From positions 960,001-1,024,000 of the forward strand of contig JBJMOW010000005.1 in NCBI GenBank assembly GCA_045803545.1: 64,000 nucleotides of DNA, written 5' to 3'. The stretch comes from Gemmatimonadaceae bacterium. GTDB taxonomy: Bacteria; Gemmatimonadota; Gemmatimonadetes; Gemmatimonadales; Gemmatimonadaceae. The translations under genes were made by a program, and so were the position numbers. Of the stretch, positions 9,622 through 19,108 are shown piece by piece. A model generated the notes under the pieces. That model did not search any database and was not told where the DNA came from. It saw only the letters and a list, made by a program, of their open reading frames with translations. Every line of letters begins with the position of its first letter. The stretch's first letter is position 1.

Positions 9622-10857
9622 ATGAGCTTTTTACCTCGCCCGAATAAGGACCGAATCCGGCCCGTAAGTCCATTGGTCACACGTAGGAGACGAGATCGTC
9701 CTATGGATGAGCTACGCGTTTCCTACGCTTCCACAACGAGCGCCATCCGTAGTATGTCTGTCCCCTTACGAACTCCCGCCGGAAACCCGGTCTACCGGTC
9801 GACACCGAATGTCTCGCTCGTCCGGAACAACAACTGGGGCGAGGCGCGCATTCTGATCATCGACGACCACCAGGCCAACGTCGACGTGCTCAAGCGCATT
9901 CTCCGCACTGCCGGCTTCGTGTGCGTCAACAGCACCACCGATCCCGCCGTCGGCGTCACTCTGGTGAACACCTGGGCGCCCGATCTGGTGTTGCTGGATC
10001 TGCACATGCCGAAGCTCGATGGCTTTACGGTGCTCGACTCGATTCGCCCGCACCTTGGCACCGGCTATCTACCGGTGGTGATGCTGACAGCGGATTCGAA
10101 CACGGAGACCAAGCGGCGCGCTCTGGCCAGCGGCGTCAAGGATTTCCTCCTCAAGCCGTTCGATGCCACCGAAGTCGTGCTGCGCATTGAAAACCTGCTG
10201 GAGACGCGCTCTCTCTACAGCACCATTCGCCACCAGAACGCGCAGCTGGAGCAGAACGTCGCCGAGCGTACGCGACAGCTCGAACAGGCGCAGCTCGAGA
10301 TTTTACAGAGACTCGCAGCGGCGGCGGAATTCCGCGACGACGAGACGGGCGAGCACACCCAGAGAGTTGGAGATCTCGCCGCTCGGCTGGCGATGCGGAT
10401 GCGATTGTCCGTCGATCGCGTGGATCTTATTCGTCGCGCAGCGCCGCTTCACGATGTCGGCAAGATTGGCATTCCCGACGCGATTTTGCGCAAGGCAGGC
10501 CGCCTCACCCGCGAGGAACGTAGCATCATGCAGACGCACGTCACGATTGGAGCGTCGATGCTTTCCGGCGGTAGCTCGGCGCTGGTGCGAACCGCGGAGC
10601 TAATCGCACGCAGCCATCATGAACGCTGGGATGGCGGCGGCTATCCGGAGTCAATCCGCGGAGAGCACATCCCGCTCGAGTCCAGACTCGTGGCAGTCGC
10701 CGACTATTTCGATGCGCTGACCCACAACCGCCCGTATCGCGGTGCGTGGTCAATCGATAAAGCGGTCAGGAAGATCATCGGCGAGCGTGGACGGCACTTC
10801 GATCCGCAGGTGGTGGACGCATTGCTCAAGGATTCCGTAGCGCTGGAATCGCGATAA
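9622..10857 (+). CDS. REC + HD-GYP c-di-GMP phosphodiesterase (RpfG-like); true start probably further downstream
   Basis: Receiver domain, LHDVGKIG, HHERWDGGGYP, RPYR. Confidence 0.92.
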   Translation: MSFLPRPNKDRIRPVSPLVTRRRRDRPMDELRVSYASTTSAIRSMSVPLRTPAGNPVYRSTPNVSLVRNNNWGEARILIIDDHQANVDVLKRILRTAGFVCVNSTTDPAVGVTLVNTWAPDLVLLDLHMPKLDGFTVLDSIRPHLGTGYLPVVMLTADSNTETKRRALASGVKDFLLKPFDATEVVLRIENLLETRSLYSTIRHQNAQLEQNVAERTRQLEQAQLEILQRLAAAAEFRDDETGEHTQRVGDLAARLAMRMRLSVDRVDLIRRAAPLHDVGKIGIPDAILRKAGRLTREERSIMQTHVTIGASMLSGGSSALVRTAELIARSHHERWDGGGYPESIRGEHIPLESRLVAVADYFDALTHNRPYRGAWSIDKAVRKIIGERGRHFDPQVVDALLKDSVALESR

Positions 10858-10874
10858 GCGCGATCCTCCCGCGT

Positions 10875-11612
10875 TCACAATCGCCGCTCGGCGTATGGCT
10901 GTGGATGGGCAGGTTTCGGCGCCGGATACATCAGACCGATAACCCGCTCCACGTGAATGAGAGTGGAATTGAAGAATCGGAGGCTCAGGCCGCTGGTGTC
11001 GCCCAGCGCCAGAGGTAACTCAGTGCCGCCAAGTACGACGCCCTCGATTCCCTCCCGCCGTGCCATCTGGGTGACGATCTCGAGAATCCGGACGCGAGCT
11101 GCGGCAGGAAATCGTCCGTAGATGAAATTCGACTGATATTCCTTGTCGATGAATGACCGCTCCACGGGCCCGGGCACGGCGACGCTGAGACCTTTCCTGG
11201 CAAAGACTTCGGAGTAGAACGTTCCTTCCATCACGAAGCGCGAGCCGATAAGCCCAACACGGCGCATTCCCGCCGCCAGGACGTAGTCACGAGTCGCTTC
11301 GACGATACTGACAAGTGGGATTCGCGCGCGCGGCTGCAAGCGATCGTAGACGATGTGGCTCGTGTTCGACGTTATGATGGCGATCTCCGCGCCGGCACGG
11401 GCGAGGCGGTCGATCTCGTGTGCGAGAAAATCAGTCAGCGCGTCGAGATTGTTCGCTGCGACGAGCGCCAGCATCGCTGCCAGACCGATGCTATTGATGA
11501 CAATGTGGGGAAACGATTCTTCGTGTCTCGCGCGATACTTCTCGATGAGCAGTTTGTAGTATTCGATTGTTGAAGGCGGTGCGATTCCGCCGATCAGGCC
11601 GATGATTGGCAT
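10875..11612 (-). CDS. aspartate/glutamate racemase family protein
   Basis: IGLIGG..ST..YY, SNTSH and LGGTELP motifs; catalytic cysteines absent. Confidence 0.85.
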   Translation of the reverse strand: MPIIGLIGGIAPPSTIEYYKLLIEKYRARHEESFPHIVINSIGLAAMLALVAANNLDALTDFLAHEIDRLARAGAEIAIITSNTSHIVYDRLQPRARIPLVSIVEATRDYVLAAGMRRVGLIGSRFVMEGTFYSEVFARKGLSVAVPGPVERSFIDKEYQSNFIYGRFPAAARVRILEIVTQMARREGIEGVVLGGTELPLALGDTSGLSLRFFNSTLIHVERVIGLMYPAPKPAHPQPYAERRL

Positions 11613-11785
11613 CAACGTCTCGCGTCTGAGAGTTCCTGGTGATGACAGCGTGGTAAGCACCTGTAACTCACCGATTTGCTGGACTCTTTGCCATGCAAGA
11701 GTGCTCATGCCGGACATGAGCGGATTTGTTGGGTGTAAGATCAGCGTGTTGACAAATCAGAAAAGCAACGTACTGATGAGTTGAG

Positions 11786-12385
11786 ATGCAGTGGCCCCCG
11801 CGCGGTTCGATGATCGGCACTCCGTCAAAGCGTATCGGTTTTTTTATCGTGACGCTGGCGACGGTCGCATGTGGTTCTGCGAGCGGACCACGCGCGTGCG
11901 GGGACGAGTATCGAATTGTCGCGGATTCGGGTGAAGTTGCACTTGCCGATGGACTTTCCTTCGTCGACGTCAGCGCAATGCTACGGGAGTCACGCAAGCC
12001 GGGCCGACCGGAAACGCAGATCGCACAGGTCGGGTTGGAGGTGTACGCTCATCTTTTGTCTGACCGGAGCCTGCCTTCTGATTTTCTGCATGGCCATGTA
12101 ACGACTATCGACGTGCGCGACGCGGGAACGCCGTCACGACTCATAAAATCATACGTGGTGCCAAACCCGCCGCCCTTTCTCGCGGAGTTCTCCCAATATG
12201 GGATGGCTTACGACTGGTCGATAACCGTTGATGAGGCTCGTGCGCTGTTCGTCGCGGACCAGTTTGTCATCGAAGTGCATACCGACCTGCCGAGCCAGCC
12301 GTTGGTCCGCATCGTTCTGAAGGGCGCGAACGCCAGTGACCCTCTCAAGTGGTCTCGCACGATCATCTCTGGAGGTGACTGCTGA
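11786..12385 (+). CDS. hypothetical lipoprotein (weak CHRD-like C-terminus)
   Basis: Lipobox-like LATVAC; FVIEVHT segment. Confidence 0.55.
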   Translation: MQWPPRGSMIGTPSKRIGFFIVTLATVACGSASGPRACGDEYRIVADSGEVALADGLSFVDVSAMLRESRKPGRPETQIAQVGLEVYAHLLSDRSLPSDFLHGHVTTIDVRDAGTPSRLIKSYVVPNPPPFLAEFSQYGMAYDWSITVDEARALFVADQFVIEVHTDLPSQPLVRIVLKGANASDPLKWSRTIISGGDC

Positions 12386-12558
12386 TCACTCGAGGGCGCG
12401 CGGGGTTGCAAGCGGGTCTGGCTTATTATGATCTGGTCATTCTGATTATTTCTGATCTAAGCATCCTACGCAGCGAGAGCGGCCGCGCAGTCGCGCCGAA
12501 AATCAATCAGCCCGCTAGTTAGTCAGGGTCAAAACGCCGCTCAAGGAGTTTCTCATTG

Positions 12559-12831
12559 ATGCCGAACAGAACCTATATGGTGGTTGAACATTTCAAGGAT
12601 GCGCCGGCGATCTATCGCCGTTTTCGGGAACGCGGGCGTATGGCCCCGGAGGGCTTGGTATATGTATCGAGCTGGATCGATGAAAAGCTCGAACTATGCT
12701 TTCAGCTGATGGAATCTCCGGACCGTCGTCTGCTCGATGAATGGATGGCCAACTGGCGCGATCTCACTGACTTCGATGTGTATCCGGTCATAAGCTCCAA
12801 GGAGGCGGCCGAAAGGGTCGATACTCGGTAA
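12559..12831 (+). CDS. DUF3303-like small protein
   Basis: YMVVEHFK..IYRRF..GR..PEGL.YVSSW..CFQLME; AAGGAG upstream. Confidence 0.8.
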   Translation: MPNRTYMVVEHFKDAPAIYRRFRERGRMAPEGLVYVSSWIDEKLELCFQLMESPDRRLLDEWMANWRDLTDFDVYPVISSKEAAERVDTR

Positions 12832-12996
12832 CGGGTTAGCGCCGAGGCTTGTCATTGCGCGCGGCTGCGTCTCAGAGTACAGCCCAACTCTGAAGAGCCG
12901 AGCGCGCCGCCCACTATGCCGCCGATAACGGCCGCTTGGAGCGTTAGCGAGACAACATCGTGGCCTGCAATTCGCGACTCGAATGTTAGGAGCACA

Positions 12997-13716
12997 ATGA
13001 TGACTCACTCACCAATCTGGTCGGCGCCGGCGATCGCTGCGCTGATTTTGCTCACGATAGTCAGCTGCAAGAAAGACAGCGATCCGTCCTCCAGCAACCA
13101 GTTCACGTCACTGCTGTTCGACGCGAGTTCACCCGCTGCGCGCGAGGCGTTGGCGACTCCAGTCAATTTCCGTCTCACCGAGTCTAACTACGCACAATGG
13201 GAGCAGGCGCAGCGTTTTCTCGAGGTCGTTCCCCGCTCCGCTCTTGCGAGCGCATCGGGCGCAAACGGCAACGCCATCGATCGCGCGGTCGAGACGTTGG
13301 AGGCGAGCCCACGCGCGCGAACCGCGATCGAGCGGACAGGATTGACCGTGCGAGACTTCGTTCTGGAGACCATCGCATTGGCCCAGGCCGCGGAAGCCCA
13401 ATCGGGTAAATCTCCCAATGGCGTCACTGTCCCGCCCGAGAACGTTCAATTCGTCCAGCGATACCAGTCGCGCATCCTTCAGCCTCGCACTGTAGCACGA
13501 GCGCTGAGAGCTCCAGTGGACAACTATGGCGAAGCTGATACGGTGAGCATTGGCGTGCAGTCGACTACTAACGATCAGGGAGCAAACACTACACCGCAGG
13601 ACTCGGCGGCCGTCAGCAAGCGTGGTCGCGGGAATGATTCGATCGGGCTCGAGGGGCAAGCCCCCGAACCACCAAAGCACCCGTCTGACACCGTTCGCGA
13701 CACGATCCCGCGATAA
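12997..13716 (+). CDS. hypothetical lipoprotein
   Basis: AGGAG before ATG 12997; lipobox IVSC followed by KKD. Confidence 0.65.
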   Translation: MMTHSPIWSAPAIAALILLTIVSCKKDSDPSSSNQFTSLLFDASSPAAREALATPVNFRLTESNYAQWEQAQRFLEVVPRSALASASGANGNAIDRAVETLEASPRARTAIERTGLTVRDFVLETIALAQAAEAQSGKSPNGVTVPPENVQFVQRYQSRILQPRTVARALRAPVDNYGEADTVSIGVQSTTNDQGANTTPQDSAAVSKRGRGNDSIGLEGQAPEPPKHPSDTVRDTIPR

Positions 13717-13806
13717 CAGCCATTGCGGGAACCGCTGGCGGTGATCCCACCGGGAAGCGGAATCCGCATCTGCGCGAAGCCGGGCCGAAGTCCGCCACAG
13801 CGCCGA

Positions 13807-14664
13807 TCAAAAACCAAGTTCTCTGAGCGCGAGATCCGGTGGCATGTCGTCGCCCGTCGCCGAGGCCTTCACAAGACCCAGCGCCTTCATGACCCGCACC
13901 GTCATGAACCCGAAATCAAATTCGGACGGATGGTGGCTCGTTCGCAGAAGGTGCGGATAGTGGTGATGGTTGTTCTGAAGGCAGGCGCTGAAGGTCGCCA
14001 TCACCGGCAGCCAGTCGCCGATATTCATTGCATTGTCCTCAGCGTCATTGTAGCGACGAGTGCCGAAGCGCCGATCGTGCGTCCAATAATTCTGGATCAG
14101 ATTCACCCACAGCGCGAAAATGCGGAGGCCACCCCAGAGCACGAGGGCGTATTTCCAGTCGCGGAACACCAGCCAGATGACGCCTAAGCTGACGAATTGC
14201 GAGAACGCGGCATAGACCGGGTTTGCAACCATGCGAAACGGCGCCGACTTGAGAATATCGTCCTCAGCGTAGTCGTGCTCGCAGGGATACGGAAAGAGAC
14301 AGAGGTACATCGTTCTCCAGAAACCGTCGCCGTGCAGCTTGTTCGGGTCGCCATCATGATCGGCGAATTTGTGGTGATGGCGATGACGATTCACCCAGGT
14401 GACTGGATTCACGTAGATGCCGAAGGTGTTGCTGACGACCGTCACCGTCTTGATGAACCACGGCTTGTACTCGAGGGCCCCGTGGGTGATTCCCATATGG
14501 ATGATGTCGGACAGGTAGACGCCGCTCAAAAACCAGATTGCCGTGAAGTACAGCAGCCCCAGGGTCATGCCGAGCCAGGGGCCGAGGGCCGCCGGCGCGA
14601 AGTAGAACGCAGCCCCTGCTTCCAGAAGGATGATCGTGTAGCCGATCAGATTGTGGGTTTTCAT
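13807..14664 (-). CDS. membrane fatty acid (delta-9-like) desaturase
   Basis: His boxes HMGITH, HRHHH and QNNHHH. Confidence 0.88.
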   Translation of the reverse strand: MKTHNLIGYTIILLEAGAAFYFAPAALGPWLGMTLGLLYFTAIWFLSGVYLSDIIHMGITHGALEYKPWFIKTVTVVSNTFGIYVNPVTWVNRHRHHHKFADHDGDPNKLHGDGFWRTMYLCLFPYPCEHDYAEDDILKSAPFRMVANPVYAAFSQFVSLGVIWLVFRDWKYALVLWGGLRIFALWVNLIQNYWTHDRRFGTRRYNDAEDNAMNIGDWLPVMATFSACLQNNHHHYPHLLRTSHHPSEFDFGFMTVRVMKALGLVKASATGDDMPPDLALRELGF

Positions 14665-15797
14665 GATGGTCGTGCCGCCCGCTTGAACGGTGCGAAGAGC
14701 TGGGCGAAAAAGCCGGCAGGGAGGGTGTCGTCAATCAGCCCATAGCGCTCCGGCCAGGCCGTCTTCGGAAGATAGTGGGTGCCGAACAGGCGATCGAGGA
14801 AGGGCAAATGGATCGCGAAGTTGACGTCCACCGCATTCTTGTCCGCGGCGTGATGCCAGTGGTGATAGCGCACCGTGACGAAGTATCGCTCCAGCCAGTG
14901 CGCATCCGGGCGGAAATCAGTGTGGCAGAAAGTGGCGTGGAAGGAGACGAACACGAGGTAGCCTGCCAGCACGCTCTGCGGAAAGCCCACCATCATCATT
15001 GGAATCATGATGAGACCGCGGGTGATGACGATGTCGAAGAAGTGGGAACGCGAGCCGGCGATCCAGTCGAGGGTCTTGATCGAATGATGGATAGAATGGA
15101 AGCGCCAGAGGAATGGGACCGTGTGGAACATCCGGTGTACGCAATACTGCGCAAGATCCGCGACGAAGATCGCCGCGACGAGCTGCACCAGGTACGGCCA
15201 GCGTTGGACAAAATGCTGGAGTGGCGGAATGGCCAGCCACTTGGTAAGCAAAAGGGCGGGCAGCACCATCAGGAAGGTGAGCAACTGCGCGGGCAGATGG
15301 GTGGCGACGAAATAAAATGCGTCGGTGGTCCACTCCGGCCTGAAGGTCTTCTGCCTGGGATGCAGTGGCCAGAACCGCTCCACCGGGACGAAGACGAGGG
15401 TCATCACGAGCAGGTCCAGCAGGAACCAGTCGAAGCCGATGCCGTAGTGTGACCCCACCTCGTTTGGCAGCGACGTGCTTCCGCCACCGAGCAGCGCCGC
15501 CGTTACGGCGAGGAGTCCGCCGGTCAGCGCGAGAACCTTACGCTGCCGCAGGACCGCCGACATCGCGGACAGCACAAAAGCCGCTGCGATGGTCCCTTGG
15601 ATGAGCAAGCGGATTATCACCAGCGGGTAGTGCGCTCGGGCGTCGGGCAGTGTCAGCAGGGCGGGAAAATGAAGGCACAGCGCGCCTCCCAGGCCGAGCA
15701 GGCCGAAAAAAACGCCGAGGACGCCGCTGACCCAGCCGCTTCCGATTTGGGTGGGCTCCGAATCACCGAATACCTTATTGAAGAACGCGTCGGACAT
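14661..15797 (-). CDS. sterol desaturase / fatty acid hydroxylase family protein
   Basis: HRMFH, HSIHH and HHWHH boxes; ATGA overlap with the desaturase. Confidence 0.9.
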   Translation of the reverse strand: MSDAFFNKVFGDSEPTQIGSGWVSGVLGVFFGLLGLGGALCLHFPALLTLPDARAHYPLVIIRLLIQGTIAAAFVLSAMSAVLRQRKVLALTGGLLAVTAALLGGGSTSLPNEVGSHYGIGFDWFLLDLLVMTLVFVPVERFWPLHPRQKTFRPEWTTDAFYFVATHLPAQLLTFLMVLPALLLTKWLAIPPLQHFVQRWPYLVQLVAAIFVADLAQYCVHRMFHTVPFLWRFHSIHHSIKTLDWIAGSRSHFFDIVITRGLIMIPMMMVGFPQSVLAGYLVFVSFHATFCHTDFRPDAHWLERYFVTVRYHHWHHAADKNAVDVNFAIHLPFLDRLFGTHYLPKTAWPERYGLIDDTLPAGFFAQLFAPFKRAARPS

Positions 15798-15873
15798 GGC
15801 TGGTCGCCTATTCGATTGTGGTGTTGGTCGCCGGGTTATTTCGACGTCGATCGATTGTCACCCGGCCGTCATT

Positions 15874-16330
15874 TTGATAAACGCACGCCGGCGGATTTTG
15901 CAACTTCATTTGGATCTTCGCGTTGTTGAATTACCTCTATGCCGACGTGATTGCCTTATGGGCGCTGCTCGGCGCGCCAGCGGCGGACACTCCGCACCTC
16001 GGCCAGGCGGCACTCGCGGGTTCGGCGATACTGATGGAAATCCCGATCGCTATGATTCTCTTCTCGCGACTGCTTCCACTCCGAGTGAACCGGTTGGCGA
16101 ATATCATCACCGGAGTCCTCGTGACCGTCGTCAACGGTTCCCTCACCTTCATCCCACCGCTGATTGGGCTCGGCAGCCCACCCGCTCTGCCCGAGTATTT
16201 GTTCTTCGCAACGGTCGAAAGCATCTGCACCGTTGCCATCGTTTGGCAAGCGTGGAAGTGGCCTGAGGCTCGCGCGGCAGCGAGCTCCGCGCTCACCGGC
16301 CACCGACCGGTCGCCGGAATTACCGCTTGA
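15874..16330 (+). pseudogene. DUF6326-like membrane protein, apparently 5'-frameshifted
   Basis: WIFALLNYLYADV...ILMEIPIAM...NRLANII. An in-frame TAA lies just upstream of the conserved start region, and the RRRIL lead-in is in another frame. Confidence 0.5.
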
Positions 16331-16626
16331 TCCCGAAAATCACTAATTACAGAGGGGCGCCTTCCACACTGCGCGGGAACGAGTGATCGACGCGAAGTAA
16401 GAGGCGCATCAGGGAAGCCGCCACTCGCAATCGCTCCTCTTTTGCTCCATGGTCAATGATTGAGCGCAGCCGCCGTTCGCGAGCGTGATCGTTTCTGTTG
16501 ACTTGTACTCTCGGACACCGGGCGTTGTCGCCCTCAGCTGAACGACATCACCCGGTTTGGAGCCGGGGATGGGGAATGATTCGCTGTCAGCACTGCAATC
16601 GCAATCGGCAACGAAGGTCGAGACAA

Positions 16627-17010
16627 TCATAGGACGTACTGGGCCTCGCCGTTACCAAAGGACCAATTTTCCTTCGGAACTTCAACAAAGTTGATGAGGA
16701 CGTCTTCCTTGCGAATCTTTACTCCTTCGTGGAGATGGTCCGCTAGCGCTCTGTAGAAACGTTGCTTCAACTCCGTTGAACGGCCGCTATTCAATGTGAT
16801 CTGAAACAAGATGCAATCGTCCGACCGATGTATGCCGAGATACTCTCGATCAAATGGAAGGCTCGCCTTCGTGTGTTCCGTGATTACCTGAAATCGGTCG
16901 TGCTCCGGAACATTGAGAACATCCACCAGGGTCTGGTAAAGGATGTCGCCGACTTGAGCACGGTACTGTTCTGATTTCCCCTCGAGTAGATCGATGCGGA
17001 CTAAAGGCAC
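16627..17010 (-). CDS. tautomerase family protein (4-OT/MSAD-like)
   Basis: N-terminal catalytic Pro (PLVRIDL), DRFQVI, NWSFGNG; GAGGAG RBS. Confidence 0.9.
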   Translation of the reverse strand: MPLVRIDLLEGKSEQYRAQVGDILYQTLVDVLNVPEHDRFQVITEHTKASLPFDREYLGIHRSDDCILFQITLNSGRSTELKQRFYRALADHLHEGVKIRKEDVLINFVEVPKENWSFGNGEAQYVL

Positions 17011-17100
17011 TTCTCCTCCTCAAACGATGGAGCGGATTATGGGACGCTATTGCCTGGAGCCCAGGCGGTATCGAGATGGGCCTGCATGAAGACACTAGGG

Positions 17101-18009
17101 TTAAGACACAAGCGCGGATTGCGGCACCTCGATTTCGCCGCTCGCGATCCGGGCCGCTGCGCCACCAACGCTGAGAGACGTCACGCCGCCGTCGATCTTA
17201 CGCGCCTCTGTTTCGATTTCGCTTCGGCGGCCCATCAAGACGCCTTGCTGGATCGAAAGGCGATAGCCACTCCCGCCAAAATCGGGCTTCGATGCCATTG
17301 CCCCGACGAGGGCGGCACAAGCAGCGCCTGTCGCGGAATCTTCTTCGATGCCGAGCGCGGGTGCCCACATGCGAGCATAGAGCTTCCCGCCATCCCGTAG
17401 ATTTCCGGCAAAGAAGAAGAGGTGGGGAGACCACGCGCACGAGAGCGTTGCCGCCCAGGCAGCCCGATTGATCGTCGCCCGATCGACGATCTCGTTCGAG
17501 CTCAGTTGCGCAAAACAGAACGGAACACCGGCGCCCGCGAAAAATACCTGGCTCACCTCGGCGGGCTCGATCGAAAGGACGGCGGCGAGATCAGTGAGAG
17601 AAGGTGCGCCGGTCGGTGCCTCGATCTTCCCCGATAACCTCAACGTGCCGTGGAAGCCCTCGTTTCGCTGGGCGACATCGACTGTCACGAGCCCGGCATT
17701 CTCCTCAAGAATGAGCCGGATCGGATCCGGAAACCGCACGCGCTCGTTCATCACGAGCGCACAGGCTGTACCAACTGAAGGATGCCCCGCGAAGTCAAGC
17801 TCCGTTCGAGGTGTGAAGATGCGCACCCGACACGTGTTCGCAGGATCTTTCCTCGGCAGCACAAAGGTCGTTTCCGCGAAATTGAATTCGCGAGCAATCT
17901 TCTGCATGCCCTCAGTCGAGATAAGGGCCGCGTCAGGCAGCCCCGCTAGTTGATTGCCACCGAACGGTGTCGAGCTGAAAACATCGAGGATATGAAATGT
18001 GTACTTCAT
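17101..18009 (-). CDS. PhzF-family isomerase
   Basis: DVFSSTPFGGNQLA, FAETTF, ELDFAGHP, EDSATG. Confidence 0.92.
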   Translation of the reverse strand: MKYTFHILDVFSSTPFGGNQLAGLPDAALISTEGMQKIAREFNFAETTFVLPRKDPANTCRVRIFTPRTELDFAGHPSVGTACALVMNERVRFPDPIRLILEENAGLVTVDVAQRNEGFHGTLRLSGKIEAPTGAPSLTDLAAVLSIEPAEVSQVFFAGAGVPFCFAQLSSNEIVDRATINRAAWAATLSCAWSPHLFFFAGNLRDGGKLYARMWAPALGIEEDSATGAACAALVGAMASKPDFGGSGYRLSIQQGVLMGRRSEIETEARKIDGGVTSLSVGGAAARIASGEIEVPQSALVS

Positions 18010-18031
18010 GAGCTCAATCCCGGGCGTCGCC

Positions 18032-18412
18032 TCAAGCCTTGACGACAAGGTCGATTTCAACGCACGCGCCAAGCGGTAGCTCGGCCGCCCCGATCGTGGT
18101 GCGAGCGGGAAAGGGCGGACTGAAATACCTCGCGTAGATGCCATTCATCGCGGCGAAGTCACTTATGCTCGTGAGAAAAACACGCGCCTGCGCGACATCA
18201 TCGAAACTCTTGCCGGCGGCCCTGAGAACCGCCGAGAGATTCTGGAAGACGCGCTCCGTCTCGGGCACAATGCCTCCCTCGACCACCTTGCCAGTGGCCG
18301 GGTCTTGGGCGACCTGCCCGCTGAAGAAGAGAAAACCATCGATTTTGACTGCCTGGGAAAACGGGCCGACGGGCGGCGCGAGTTCAGGCGAGGCGATAGC
18401 AGTCTTGCTCAC
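18032..18412 (-). CDS. RidA/YjgF enamine-imine deaminase
   Basis: GPFSQAV, SGQV, FAAMNGIY, PARTTI, VEIDLV. Confidence 0.92.
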   Translation of the reverse strand: MSKTAIASPELAPPVGPFSQAVKIDGFLFFSGQVAQDPATGKVVEGGIVPETERVFQNLSAVLRAAGKSFDDVAQARVFLTSISDFAAMNGIYARYFSPPFPARTTIGAAELPLGACVEIDLVVKA

Positions 18413-18417
18413 GGTTC

Positions 18418-18969
18418 TTACCAGTTGGCGATCGGCGGACGTTGGTCCTTCCACCGCTGCTGGCTTAGTGGCTCGGAAGATAGGAGGATCCATTGGTTGT
18501 CGTTCAATTTTCTCCAGGCATCCCGTGCAACCAACACTCTGTACTCCTTGCCCGTTTTGCCATCTTTGTCCTTGGTGTCGATCTCTACTTTCGCAGATAT
18601 GACTGCGGACCAGTCGTTGTCTTTGGGTTCGACCGTGAGCACGGTTTCGTCAAATCGCGTTATCCTGAGGGAAGGCACGCGATCGATAAACTCCTGCCGT
18701 GTGTATTTTCGGTCGGAAGTTTGGAAGTAGAAATCCGGAGCCAGCATCCTTTCGATCGTGTTCATGTCCAGCGTCAAACGCGCTTTGGCCCACTCCGCGT
18801 AACCGGCCTGAATCGCTGTTCGTGCTGCTGCCGGACTGACGGCAGCAGCACTTTGCGCGGCGGCTGCACCCGTCACGGTTACCGCCAACAAGGTGGGGGC
18901 CAGAATGCGCCGACCCAGATTCCGGTATGGAAAGCTGCGGCGCATTGAATCTGCCAATCTCGATTTCAT
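18418..18969 (-). CDS. secreted NTF2-like (DUF4440) protein
   Basis: Signal peptide, then MLAPDF and DAWRK...W pattern. Confidence 0.65.
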   Translation of the reverse strand: MKSRLADSMRRSFPYRNLGRRILAPTLLAVTVTGAAAAQSAAAVSPAAARTAIQAGYAEWAKARLTLDMNTIERMLAPDFYFQTSDRKYTRQEFIDRVPSLRITRFDETVLTVEPKDNDWSAVISAKVEIDTKDKDGKTGKEYRVLVARDAWRKLNDNQWILLSSEPLSQQRWKDQRPPIANW

Positions 18970-19048
18970 TCGCTTCCTCTCCTTCTGTGGATGCCCCGGG
19001 GTTCGACAAGTCGCCCGCATGTGAAGAATGGTTACGACAGGTTCGCAC

Positions 19049-19063
19049 TTGCGTCAAATGCAA
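19049..19063. promoter_or_regulatory. putative LysR recognition box (TTGC-N7-GCAA)
   Basis: TTGCGTCAAATGCAA palindrome in the divergent region upstream of the LysR gene. Confidence 0.55.
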
Positions 19064-19108
19064 TCTTTGCAACATCATATTGCTTGCTGAGCAACTGGGG
19101 ATGGTGTC

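Noticed and set aside
16409..16630. 73-aa ORF coupled to the tautomerase stop
   Set aside because: It has an ATGA overlap but no recognisable family; probably a gene fragment and too weak to call.
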